Shown here piece after piece: positions 17,919 to 27,840 of a stretch of 64,000 nt of DNA. The position numbers were made by a program, and so were the translations under genes. Source of the DNA: an uncultured bacterium (GTDB taxonomy: Bacteria; Actinomycetota; Acidimicrobiia; Acidimicrobiales; VFJN01); the NCBI GenBank assembly GCA_963717085.1, contig CAVQVM010000022.1:92620-156619 (forward strand), read 5' to 3'. Under the pieces are notes generated by a model. The model saw nothing but the letters and a program-made list of their open reading frames with translations. It was not told the DNA's origin and made no database searches. The number at the start of each line of letters is the position of its first letter. Within the stretch, counting starts at the first letter, position 1.

Positions 17919-18116
17919 GCCCGAGCGGCCGTGGAGCGGGAAGCATGCGTCGAAGCCCGAGCGGCCGTGGAGCGGGAAGCATGCGTCGAAGCCCGAGCGG
18001 CCCGGCGCGAAGCGCCAAGAGCGGGAAGCATGCGTCGAAGCCCGAGCGGCCGTGGAGCGGGAAGCATGCGTCGAAGCCCGAGCGGCCCGGCGCGAAGCGC
18101 CAAGAGAGCGGGAAGC
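17919..18116. repeat. Tandem array of 36-nt and 49-nt units (a-a-b-a-b') in the ilvN-ilvC spacer (family C)
   Basis: Unit a: GCCCGAGCGGCCGTGGAGCGGGAAGCATGCGTCGAA. Unit b: GCCCGAGCGGCCCGGCGCGAAGCGCCAAGAGCGGGAAGCATGCGTCGAA. Copies are near-identical. Confidence 0.9.
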
Positions 18117-18153
18117 AACTGATCGAGCACCCACCTGAGAGAGGAACTCCCCA

Positions 18154-19182
18154 ATGGCCAACGTCTACTACGAGAAGGACGCCGACCGGTCGCTGATCGC
18201 GGACCGCAGGGTGGCGGTGATCGGCTACGGCTCGCAGGGCCACGCCCACGCCCTCAACCTCAAGGATTCGGGTATCGACGTGCGCGTCGGCCTGCGCGAC
18301 GGCTCGTCATCGAGGGCCAAGGCCGAGGCGGCCGGGCTCACGGTCCGCTCGATCGCCGACGCCGTGGCCGAGTCCGACCTGGTGATGCTCCTCGGCCCCG
18401 ACACCGAGCACAAGGCGATCTTCTCCGAGCACATCGCGCCGCACCTCGCGGACGGCGACGCTCTGTTCGTGGCCCACGGGTTCAGCGTGCGCTTCGGCCA
18501 GGTGGAGGCGCCGTCGGGCGTCGACGTCGCCCTGGTCGCCCCCAAGGGCCCCGGCCACCTGGTACGCCGCACCTACACCGAGGGCGGCGGCGTGCCCTGC
18601 CTGATCGCCGTCGCCCAGGACGCGTCCGGCCATGCCCACGGCCTCGCGTTGGCCTACGCCGACGCCATCGGCGGCGCGCGTGCCGGCGTGCTCGAGACGA
18701 CGTTCGAGGAGGAGACCGAGACCGACCTGTTCGGCGAGCAGGTCGTGCTGTGCGGCGGGCTCACCGCCCTCGTGCAGGCGGGCTTCGAGACGCTGGTCGA
18801 GGCCGGGTACCAGCCCGAGTCCGCCTACTTCGAGTGCCTCCACGAGCTGAAGCTCATCGTCGACCTCATGTACGAGCAGGGCATCGCCGGCATGCGCTAC
18901 TCGGTGAGTGACACGGCCGAGTACGGCGACCTGACCCGCGGCCCCCGGGTGATCAACGATGCCGTACGCGCCGAGATGCGCGCCATCCTCGACGAGATCC
19001 AAACGGGCCGCTTCGCCGACGAGTGGATCGCCGAGTCCGAGTCGGGCAGGCCCAACTTCTCGGCGCTGCGCCAGGCCGGCCGGGACCACCCGATCGAGAA
19101 GGTGGGTGCCGAGCTGCGGGCGATGATGCCCTGGATCTCGGCGGGCAGGCAGCGGGTCGAGGACGCGTCGGGCGGCGCCTGA
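18154..19182 (+). CDS. ilvC: Ketol-acid reductoisomerase
   Basis: [26 protein letters not shown] motif; 342 aa; RBS GAGAGGA upstream. Confidence 0.95.
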   Translation: MANVYYEKDADRSLIADRRVAVIGYGSQGHAHALNLKDSGIDVRVGLRDGSSSRAKAEAAGLTVRSIADAVAESDLVMLLGPDTEHKAIFSEHIAPHLADGDALFVAHGFSVRFGQVEAPSGVDVALVAPKGPGHLVRRTYTEGGGVPCLIAVAQDASGHAHGLALAYADAIGGARAGVLETTFEEETETDLFGEQVVLCGGLTALVQAGFETLVEAGYQPESAYFECLHELKLIVDLMYEQGIAGMRYSVSDTAEYGDLTRGPRVINDAVRAEMRAILDEIQTGRFADEWIAESESGRPNFSALRQAGRDHPIEKVGAELRAMMPWISAGRQRVEDASGGA

Positions 19183-19185
19183 CCC

Positions 19186-19620
19186 TCAGTCGGCTATGTC
19201 GCGCTCGGCGACCACGTGGGTTGGGGTCACGCGGACGAGGAGCTCACCGGGCACGGCGTTGCGGGCGCCGTACTCCTCGGCGTGGTCGGCGCCCATGTAG
19301 CGGCCGCCCAGCCGGGTGGCCCAGTATCGGAGCTGCTCGAGGTCGTCGCTCCACGTGGCGTCGCCCTCGATGGCCACGAACGAGAACGGGGGCTGGTCGT
19401 CCTGCACGCACAGCGCCACCTTGCCCGTGCGTCCGATGGCGCGGCCCTTCACGGTGGTGGCACCGGTGGTGAACACGATCCTGCCGTCATCGTCGAGGTC
19501 GTACCAGACGGGTGCCGCGTGCGGACGCCCGTCCTTCCGGGTGGTGGCCAGCACCGCCGGGCGGACCTGGGAACGCAGGAACGCCCGCCACTCGGCCTCG
19601 TCCATGCGGGCGTACGGCAT
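19186..19620 (-). CDS. PPOX-class (pyridoxamine-5'-phosphate-oxidase-like) probable F420-dependent protein
   Basis: 144 aa from MPYARMDEAEWRAFL...VLATTRKDGRPHAAPVWY, typical of the split-barrel family. The track ORF is over-extended at its 5' end. Confidence 0.7.
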   Translation of the reverse strand: MPYARMDEAEWRAFLRSQVRPAVLATTRKDGRPHAAPVWYDLDDDGRIVFTTGATTVKGRAIGRTGKVALCVQDDQPPFSFVAIEGDATWSDDLEQLRYWATRLGGRYMGADHAEEYGARNAVPGELLVRVTPTHVVAERDIAD

Positions 19621-19631
19621 GGGAACGCAGA

Positions 19632-20720
19632 CTACGAGACTGCGCGGAACGCCTCGACCATCCGGGCCCGCCACGCACGCAGCTCGGGATCGTGCGTGTC
19701 GTCGGGCGACTTCCCGAGCCGCACCACGATCAGGTCGAGCGGCGGGCAGATCATCAGCGACTGGCCCTCGTAGCCGTTGGCGGTGAAGGTGCCGAGCTCG
19801 TCGCCGACCGACCACCAGTGCGCGCCGTGCCAGCGGTCGCCCTCCTCGTCGCGGGACCGGGCGCGGCGCCCGTGGTCGACCCAGCCCTCCGGCAGCAGTC
19901 GCCGGCCTTCCCACACGCCATCGCGCAGGTACAGCAACCCGAACCGCAGGTAGTCCTGCGCCGTGGCGTACAGGAAGGACGAGCCGACGAACGTGCCGGC
20001 GTCGTCGAAGCCGGCTCGGGACGATCGCATGCCCAGCGGCTCGAACAGGCAGTCCCCGAGGAACTGCTCGTACCGCGCGCCGGCACCAACCGTGCGGGCC
20101 ACGATGCCGGACACGATGAGGGACGTGCCGGAGGAGTAGTTGAAGGAGGTGCCCGGCTCGTGGGCGAGCGGGTGGTCGGCGGCGAAGTGGGCCATGTCGG
20201 CCTGGGCGTCGCCGAACAGCATGCGGATGACGTCCGAGCCTTCGATGTCCTCATAGTCCTCGGCGAAGTCGAGGCCGTCGCGCATGGTGAGCAGGTGATC
20301 GAGCGTGATGGCGTGGCGGGGGTCGGCCGGGTCGACCCACTCCGGCACGGGTGCCGGCATGTCGACCGCCAGCCGTCCCTCGCCCACGAGGACACCCACG
20401 GCGGCGTGGAGGACCGACTTGGCCATCGACCACGACAGCAGCTGGGTCGTAGGGCCGACCGGCTCGTTGGGGCGGTCCCAGTGCTCGAGCTCGTTGCCGT
20501 AGCGCTCCGCGAGCAGCGTCCCGCCCTGGACGACGGCGACGGCGTAGGTGGATCCGAAGCGGGCGGTGTCGCCCGTGATCTCGTCGAGCAGCGCCGACAT
20601 CCGACCGGCGGTGGCGGCCGGGGGGTCGGCGGCGGGCCAGCCGTCGGTCGGCCATGGGACCCCGGCGGGCTGCGCGGGGAGCGGGACCAGGGAGGCCGGG
20701 CGGGCGGCGGGATCTGTCAT
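19632..20720 (-). CDS. Serine hydrolase (beta-lactamase / class C-like)
   Basis: S-x-x-K motif (LLSWSMAKS). 362 aa counted from MTDPAARP. The track ORF 19632..21701 is over-extended at its 5' end. Confidence 0.75.
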   Translation of the reverse strand: MTDPAARPASLVPLPAQPAGVPWPTDGWPAADPPAATAGRMSALLDEITGDTARFGSTYAVAVVQGGTLLAERYGNELEHWDRPNEPVGPTTQLLSWSMAKSVLHAAVGVLVGEGRLAVDMPAPVPEWVDPADPRHAITLDHLLTMRDGLDFAEDYEDIEGSDVIRMLFGDAQADMAHFAADHPLAHEPGTSFNYSSGTSLIVSGIVARTVGAGARYEQFLGDCLFEPLGMRSSRAGFDDAGTFVGSSFLYATAQDYLRFGLLYLRDGVWEGRRLLPEGWVDHGRRARSRDEEGDRWHGAHWWSVGDELGTFTANGYEGQSLMICPPLDLIVVRLGKSPDDTHDPELRAWRARMVEAFRAVS

Positions 20721-20750
20721 CGGGCAGTGTGTCCTAGCGACGGGTGACGG

Positions 20751-20892
20751 GTTCCGTCGTCCGGATGCGACGGCTTGCGGCGCTTCGGAACGGCGGTTGG
20801 TGTTGGACGGGGATGGACGCCGTTCCGGCGTCCGGATGCGACGGTTGGCGGTGTTTCGGAACGCAGGTTCGTGGTGGCCGGGCCCGGTCGGG
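20751..20892. repeat. Two tandem ~71-bp units (family D)
   Basis: Unit 1 at 20751 (GTTCCGTCGTCCGGATGCGACGGCTTGCGGCGCTTCGGAACG...). Unit 2 at 20822 (GTTCCGGCGTCCGGATGCGACGGTTGGCGGTGTTTCGGAACG...). Each is bracketed by GTTCCG...CGGAAC. Confidence 0.8.
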
Positions 20893-20893
20893 C

Positions 20894-22750
20894 TCACATC
20901 GTTTCGACGAAGCTGACCTCGCCCTCGCCCCGCAGCACGTTCTTGAGCAGCTTGCCGGAGGCGTTGCGGGGCAGCGGCTCGCGGCGCAGCTCCACGTGGG
21001 CTGGCACTTTGAAGTCGGCCAGCTCGGCGGCGACCCAGCGGCGCACGTGGTCGGCGGTCAGGGCCTCGCCCTCGGCACCAGGCTCCACCTGCACGACGGC
21101 CTTGACCTCCTCGCCCAGCTCGGCGTGCGCCACGCCGATGACCGCGGCGTCGGCGATGGCCGGGTGGTCGACGAGCCGGTTCTCGATCTCGACGCAGTAG
21201 ATGTTTTCGCCGCCCCGGATGATCATGTCCTTCTTGCGGTCGGTGATGGTCAGGTATCCCTCGTCGTCCAGATGGCCGATGTCCCCGGTGTGGAGGAACC
21301 CGTCGCCGTCGATGGCCTCGGCGGTCGCCTCGGGCTTGTTCCAGTACCCCTTCATGAGGATCGGGCCGCGGACGCACACCTCTCCGGTCTCGTCCGCACC
21401 CAACACCTGGCCGGCGGCGTCCATGATGCGCAGCTCCACCGTCGGCACAGGGGGGCCCACCGAGTGCGGTTTGCGCTTGGCGTCGGAACCGCTGATGACC
21501 GTCGCCACCGACGACGTCTCGGTGAGCCCGTACGCGTTGGAGGTCGAACGCACGTTGGGGAACGTCTCGGCCACCTTGCGCTGCAGCTCGTCGGCCGACG
21601 GCGAGCCACCGAACGCCACCGTCGTGACGCTGGACGTGTCGTAGTCCTGGCGGGCCGGGTGCTCGCACACCCGCCACACCATCGTGGGCACCGTGGCCCA
21701 CACCGTGACCTGGTTGGCGTCAATGAGGCGCAGCACCTGGACGGGGTCGAACCGGCCCTCGGGGATCACGAGCCTGACGCCCGCCAGCAGGCCGACGACC
21801 AGGTTGGAGTGGCAGCCCGACACGTGGAACAGCGGCGAGGTCAGCAGCGACACCGTCGGCGCGGCATTCGGCCTGTCTCCCGCTCTTGGCGCCTCCGGCG
21901 CCGGGCCGCTCGGGCTTCGACGCGCGTTCTCCGCTCTACGGCCGCTCGGGCCACGGCCTCGCTCATTCGCTCGGCCCCTGGTCGACGCCAGCGCCGATCC
22001 GGCCTCGGGGTTGGCTATCACCCCCGCCATCGTGGAGAACAGCGTGTTCTGCAGGTTGGCGATCATTGAGCGGTGCGTGGATATCGCCCCCTTGGGCTTC
22101 CCGGTGGTGCCTGACGTGTAGAAGATGACGGCCGCGTCGTCCTCCGCGATGGGCGCATCCGGGAAGTCGTCGGAGGGCTCCACGCCCAGGTCGTCGAAGC
22201 GTTGCAGCTTCACGCCCGACGCCGCCGCCACGGGGAAGTCGTCGGGGCCGGCATCGATCAGCAGCACCTGGGTGAGGTCCGGCGCCTCGGCCAGCCGGTC
22301 CGCGACGCGCTCGAACCGCTTGGCGTCGGCGACCAGCACCTTCGCCCCCGAATCCTGCAGGCCGTAGAGGATCTCGTCGGCCTTCCACCAGCCGTTGAGC
22401 CCCACGAGGATGGCACCCATCGACACCGTGGCCCAGAAGGTGAGGCACCATTCCGGGTTGTTCTGGCTGAGGACCGCTACCCGGTCGCCGGGCCCGATGC
22501 CGCAGCGGTCGGCGAGGGCGCGGGCCAGCCCGTTGGTCTGTTCGACGAAGCCCCGGAAGCCGTCGGTGCGGTCGCCATAGACGAGGAACGTGTCGTCTCC
22601 CCGACTGATGGCGGCCTCGGGGATCGCCCGCAGCGTCCTCATGCGGTCCTTGTAGACCTGCATGGGACGGCCCAGCACCTCCTCGGTGACGACCTCGAAC
22701 GGTCCTCCCGGCCCCGTGAGCTGGGCTCTGACCTCGGCCAGGTTCGGCAT
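20894..22750 (-). CDS. Acyl-CoA synthetase (AMP-forming, FadD-like) carrying an in-frame repeat-derived insert
   Basis: AMP-binding motifs IFYTSGTTGKPKGA and GDIGHLDDEGYLTITDRKKDMIIRGGENI. A low-complexity block ...STRGRANERGRGPSGRRAENARRSPSGPAPEAPRAGDR... is encoded by a family C repeat. Confidence 0.85.
   Translation of the reverse strand: MPNLAEVRAQLTGPGGPFEVVTEEVLGRPMQVYKDRMRTLRAIPEAAISRGDDTFLVYGDRTDGFRGFVEQTNGLARALADRCGIGPGDRVAVLSQNNPEWCLTFWATVSMGAILVGLNGWWKADEILYGLQDSGAKVLVADAKRFERVADRLAEAPDLTQVLLIDAGPDDFPVAAASGVKLQRFDDLGVEPSDDFPDAPIAEDDAAVIFYTSGTTGKPKGAISTHRSMIANLQNTLFSTMAGVIANPEAGSALASTRGRANERGRGPSGRRAENARRSPSGPAPEAPRAGDRPNAAPTVSLLTSPLFHVSGCHSNLVVGLLAGVRLVIPEGRFDPVQVLRLIDANQVTVWATVPTMVWRVCEHPARQDYDTSSVTTVAFGGSPSADELQRKVAETFPNVRSTSNAYGLTETSSVATVISGSDAKRKPHSVGPPVPTVELRIMDAAGQVLGADETGEVCVRGPILMKGYWNKPEATAEAIDGDGFLHTGDIGHLDDEGYLTITDRKKDMIIRGGENIYCVEIENRLVDHPAIADAAVIGVAHAELGEEVKAVVQVEPGAEGEALTADHVRRWVAAELADFKVPAHVELRREPLPRNASGKLLKNVLRGEGEVSFVETM
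21874..21977 (-). repeat. Family C repeat (a+b unit) embedded in-frame in the acyl-CoA synthetase gene
   Basis: The reverse complement of 21874-21951 reads GCCCGAGCGGCCGTAGAGCGGAGAACGCGCGTCGAAGCCCGAGCGGCCCGGCGCCGGAGGCGCCAAGAGCGGGAGACA. This is nearly collinear with 17955-18034. Confidence 0.8.
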
Positions 22751-22928
22751 CCCTCGTCTCCCTCGAAAGCCGACGGTGATCGCTCGGCGAGCATAGAGGT
22801 AGCGGTCGGCCGTCAGACCGGCGTCATCGACGTGGCCGGCGGGGCCGGGCCGGAGCGTCGGGGGTTAGGCTGGCCGGCGACCCCGGCTGGGGTTTCGCAT
22901 CACCCGATCGTCCCGGGAGGGAGCGGCT

Positions 22929-23525
22929 GTGATCGTCGTCTCCGCTGCGCTCAAGGGCGGCGTGGGCAAGACCACCACGTCCGTGTACCTGGCCGCCCTC
23001 GCGGCGGCCACCAACCGTCGCGGCGTCGCGCTCATCGACGCCGACTCGCAGGCCAGCGCCGCTGAATGGGTCGAGGAGGCCACGGACGAGCGCCTGCAGC
23101 GGCTCGACGTCGTGGAGGCGCCCACGGAACGCCTGCTGAACAAGGCGCTCGACAAGCTCGGGCCCGATGACATCGCGATCGTCGACACGCCACCCGGCCA
23201 GGAGAAGCTCACCGGCAAGGCGGTGGACCGCGCCTCCGTCGTGATCGTGCCCACGCGGGTCGGGGGGATCGAGCCGGACCGCGCGCAGGCGGTTCTCGAC
23301 ATGGTGCCCGAAGCGACGCCGGCGGGCCTCGTGATCTGCTCGGCGCGCACGTTCACCCGCGACTACCAGGAGGCGCTGGCCGATTGGGACGAGGCGGGTG
23401 CGCGGGTCTGGGGCACGGTGCCGGAACGGGTGGCGATCGCGGCCGGCCCGGAGCGCTGGCTGGCGTTCGACGGCGTCGAGGCCTACCGGGACGTCTGGCG
23501 AAAGGTGCAGCGCGCCGCCCGCTAG
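22929..23525 (+). CDS. ParA/MinD-family P-loop ATPase (orphan; no ParB seen)
   Basis: Deviant Walker A (AALKGGVGKTTT); DADSQ; VDTPPG. 198 aa; GTG start. Confidence 0.75.
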   Translation: MIVVSAALKGGVGKTTTSVYLAALAAATNRRGVALIDADSQASAAEWVEEATDERLQRLDVVEAPTERLLNKALDKLGPDDIAIVDTPPGQEKLTGKAVDRASVVIVPTRVGGIEPDRAQAVLDMVPEATPAGLVICSARTFTRDYQEALADWDEAGARVWGTVPERVAIAAGPERWLAFDGVEAYRDVWRKVQRAAR

Positions 23526-23540
23526 CGTCACTGGCGGGCG

Positions 23541-24464
23541 CTAGCGGAACGCCGGGGCCACCTCGTCGATGAACCGGTCCATCCGCTCGAGCTTCGCCGT
23601 GCCGTGGCCGAGCGACCGGTCAGGGACGATGAACTCGTCGAGACCGGCCTGGGCGTAGCCCGCGACCACGTCCCGGAGCTGCTCGACGGTCCCGCCGATC
23701 GCCGGCATGGGCGCCACCTCGACCAGCCGCTCGACCTTGGCGGTCGCGTCGGCATCGGCAGCATCGTCGGCGATGAACACCAGCGCCTGGGCCGTCCGGG
23801 CGATGAGGTCCGGTTCGCGGCCCACCCGTTCGCAGGCGCGGGTCAGGGCAGCCGAGCGCTCGGCGACGTGATCGGGCTGCCCCCAGGTGTTCCAGGCGTC
23901 CGCCCAGCGGGCCGCGATGCCCAGCGTCCGGTCGCCGCCGCCGCCCACCAGGATCGGCAACGGCTCCTGGACGGGTTTCGGCTCGGAGATGGCATCGGTG
24001 ATCTCGTAGTAGCGGCCCTTGAAGGTGGTGCGATCGCTGCGCAGCAGGCTGTGGATGACCTCGGCCGCCTCGGCGAAGCGGTCGATTCGCGCACCGGCCG
24101 GGTGCAGCTCGATGCCGTAGGCGGCGTGCTCGTTCTCCTGCCATCCGGCCCCGATGCCGAGCGTGAACCGGCCGCCACTCACGTGGTCGATGGTGACCGC
24201 CATGTTGGCCACCACGGCGGGGTGGCGGTAGGTGTTGCCGAGGACCAAGGTGCCGATTCGCATCCTTGGCACGGCGGCGGCCAGTGCGGCCACCAGGGTC
24301 CCAGCCTCGAGCGTCGGGGTCTCGAGCGCGAATGGCCCGTCGGCGTTGGGCATGAAGTGGTCGGCGATCCACGCACCGTCCCACCCCGTGGCCTCGGCGT
24401 AGCTGACGGTGGCCAGGATCTCGCTCCACGGTTGGTTGGCAGACGGCCAGATCGAGAAGCGCAT
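23541..24464 (-). CDS. LLM-class (luciferase-like) probable F420-dependent oxidoreductase
   Basis: MRFSIWPS...GWDGAWIADHF...FTLGIGAGW is typical of luciferase-like monooxygenase-fold proteins. Confidence 0.8.
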   Translation of the reverse strand: MRFSIWPSANQPWSEILATVSYAEATGWDGAWIADHFMPNADGPFALETPTLEAGTLVAALAAAVPRMRIGTLVLGNTYRHPAVVANMAVTIDHVSGGRFTLGIGAGWQENEHAAYGIELHPAGARIDRFAEAAEVIHSLLRSDRTTFKGRYYEITDAISEPKPVQEPLPILVGGGGDRTLGIAARWADAWNTWGQPDHVAERSAALTRACERVGREPDLIARTAQALVFIADDAADADATAKVERLVEVAPMPAIGGTVEQLRDVVAGYAQAGLDEFIVPDRSLGHGTAKLERMDRFIDEVAPAFR

Positions 24465-24529
24465 GGACCCAGGATGCCAGCGCGGCAGCGGGGGCGTTGG
24501 CTGTCACGCCGGGGCCGTAGGGTCCAGTC

Positions 24530-25309
24530 GTGCGCACGGCCGTGAGCCTCCCGCCCTTCACCGACGCAACGACCGTGGTCGCTCTGGCCGTCGAGGCCGA
24601 ACAGGCGGGTTGGGACGGGGTGTTCCTGTGGGATCACCTGGTCTTCGTCCGCGACCTGCGGCTCGACGTCCACGATCCCTGGGTGGTCCTTGGCGCCATC
24701 GCCCAGGCGACCGCGCGCGTGCGGTTGGGCACGCTGGTCACGCCCCTGGCGCGTCGCCGGCCCTGGATCGTCGCCAAGCATCTGACCACGCTCGACCACC
24801 TGAGCGGCGGGCGGGCGGTGCTCGGCGTCGGCCTGGGCGAACCGCCGGACGCCGACTTCGAGGCGTTCGGCGATCCCGGCGAGCGCAAGCAACGGGCGGC
24901 CATCGTCGACGAGGCGCTCGACCTGCTGGACGGCCTGCTGCGCGGCCCGGTGGCGCACGACGGTACCCACTTCCGCGTCGGCACCGAGATCCTTCCCCGG
25001 CCGGTACAGGAGCCCCGCCCACCGATCTGGGTAGCGGCCATCGTCCCCCATCGGCGCCCGATCGCGCGGGCGCAGCGGTGGGATGGCATCGTGCCGCTGG
25101 GGCCGCAGGGCTACACCAGCCCCGAGGAGCTTGCCGGCTACCTCCGCGACGTGGAGCGCCCGCCCGGGTGGGACGTGGTGGCGGGCCGCGCGCCCGGGGT
25201 GCCGGCCGACGAGTACGCCTCCGCCGGCGCCACCTGGCTCATCGACTCCGTCTGGCCCGAGGGCGACTGGGTGGCCGACATCCGCGCCCGCGTCACCGCC
25301 GGTCCCTGA
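24530..25309 (+). CDS. LLM-class flavin/F420-dependent oxidoreductase
   Basis: AEQAGWDGVFLWDHL...LGVGLGEP. 259 aa. Confidence 0.7.
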   Translation: MRTAVSLPPFTDATTVVALAVEAEQAGWDGVFLWDHLVFVRDLRLDVHDPWVVLGAIAQATARVRLGTLVTPLARRRPWIVAKHLTTLDHLSGGRAVLGVGLGEPPDADFEAFGDPGERKQRAAIVDEALDLLDGLLRGPVAHDGTHFRVGTEILPRPVQEPRPPIWVAAIVPHRRPIARAQRWDGIVPLGPQGYTSPEELAGYLRDVERPPGWDVVAGRAPGVPADEYASAGATWLIDSVWPEGDWVADIRARVTAGP

Positions 25310-25404
25310 GGCACTGACGAACGGTCCTGCGAGCCCGAGGCGATGACGAACGGTTGGCGTTCGGTATTGCCTCGCCTCCGGACCAACGTTCGCTGTTGCC
25401 TCGG
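25308..25404. repeat. 97-bp four-arm palindromic element, copy 2 (family A)
   Basis: Arms at 25308, 25337, 25357 and 25386. The first arm overlaps the TGA of the LLM gene. The element ends 9 nt before the serC stop (convergent genes). Confidence 0.85.
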
Positions 25405-25412
25405 GTGATCGC

Positions 25413-26549
<1,137 letters not shown>

Positions 26550-26583
26550 CTATCGCGGCGGTCCGAGACAAGGAGCCAGCCCG

Positions 26584-27789
26584 TTGCCGTCCACGCGCAT
26601 TTCTTCCCGGGTCGCCGCGATCACCGAGTCGGCCACGCTCGCCGTCGACGCCAAGGCCAAGGCGCTCAAGGCTGCGGGCGAGCCGGTCATCGGCTTCGGC
26701 GCCGGTGAGCCCGACTTCCCGACGCCCGCGCACATCGTCGAGGCCGCCGCCGAGGCCTGCCGCAACCCCCGTAACCACAAGTACACACCGGCGGCGGGGC
26801 TGCCCGAGCTACGCGAGGCCATCGCCGCCAAGACCAAGCGCGACTCCGGCTACGACGTGCAGGGCGCGCAGGTGCTGGTCACCAACGGCGGCAAGCACGC
26901 CGTCTACAACACCTTCGCGACCTTGCTCGATCCGGGCGACGAGGTGCTGCTGCCGGCGCCGTTCTGGACCACGTACCCCGAGCCCATCCGCCTGGCCGGG
27001 GGCGTGCCGGTGGTGCTGCCCACCGACGAGGCGACCGGCTTCCGGGTCTCGCTCGACCAGCTGGACGCGGCCGTCACCGACGGTACCAAGGCGCTCATGT
27101 TCGTCTCGCCGTCCAACCCCACTGGCGTCGTCTACCCGCCGGCCGAGGTCGAGGCCATCGGCCGCTGGGCGGTCGACCGGGGCATCTGGGTCGTCACCGA
27201 CGAGATCTACGAGCACCTGACGTACGGCGACCACGTGTTCACGTCGATGCCCACGCTGGTGCCCGACCTCGCCGAGCGGTGCGTCGTCGTCAATGGCGTC
27301 GCCAAGACCTACGCCATGACCGGCTGGCGCGTCGGCTGGATGGTCGGGCCGCTCGACGTGATCAAGGCCGCCGCCAACCTGCAGTCGCACGCCACGTCGA
27401 ACGTTGCCAACGTGTCCCAGGTGGCGGCGCTGGCGGCTGTGGGCGGCGACCTCGACGCCGCCGCCGAGATGCGCACCGCCTTCGAACGCCGGGGACGCAC
27501 CATGCACCGGCTGCTGTCCGGCATCCCCGACGTCCACGTCCTCGAACCGCAGGGCGCCTTCTACGCGTTCCCCAACCTGTCGGCCTATGTGGGGCGCAGC
27601 ATCCGGGGCCACGTCCCCCGCAGCACCGTCGAGCTGTGCGAGGTACTGCTCGACCACGCCAAGGTGGCGATGGTGCCCGGCGAGGCCTTCGACGCGCCCG
27701 GCTACGCCCGCCTGTCGTTCGCCCTCGGCGACGACGACCTCGGCGAGGGCTGCCGCCGCATCGGCGACCTGTTGGCCGACACCACGTAG
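26584..27789 (+). CDS. Aspartate/aromatic-type PLP aminotransferase (class I)
   Basis: [40 protein letters not shown]; SPSNPTG; [16 protein letters not shown]. Start set to TTG 26584 to avoid overlap with the divergent serC; this start is uncertain. Confidence 0.8.
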   Translation: MPSTRISSRVAAITESATLAVDAKAKALKAAGEPVIGFGAGEPDFPTPAHIVEAAAEACRNPRNHKYTPAAGLPELREAIAAKTKRDSGYDVQGAQVLVTNGGKHAVYNTFATLLDPGDEVLLPAPFWTTYPEPIRLAGGVPVVLPTDEATGFRVSLDQLDAAVTDGTKALMFVSPSNPTGVVYPPAEVEAIGRWAVDRGIWVVTDEIYEHLTYGDHVFTSMPTLVPDLAERCVVVNGVAKTYAMTGWRVGWMVGPLDVIKAAANLQSHATSNVANVSQVAALAAVGGDLDAAAEMRTAFERRGRTMHRLLSGIPDVHVLEPQGAFYAFPNLSAYVGRSIRGHVPRSTVELCEVLLDHAKVAMVPGEAFDAPGYARLSFALGDDDLGEGCRRIGDLLADTT

Positions 27790-27840
27790 CGGTCCGCCAC
27801 GGCTGGCTCGGGCCACCGGTCCCGCGGCAAGAATCGGCTC

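Noticed and set aside
17919-18116. Possible CRISPR array.
   Set aside because: The units are contiguous with no unique spacers. The unit lengths (36 and 49 nt) alternate as variants of one sequence. No cas genes are in the window.
17892-18122. 76-aa ORF (plus several minus-strand ORFs) spanning the ilvN-ilvC tandem array.
   Set aside because: The repetitive Arg/Ala/Ser translation is a direct consequence of the DNA repeat. There is no RBS or start context, and the ORF lies in an operon spacer.
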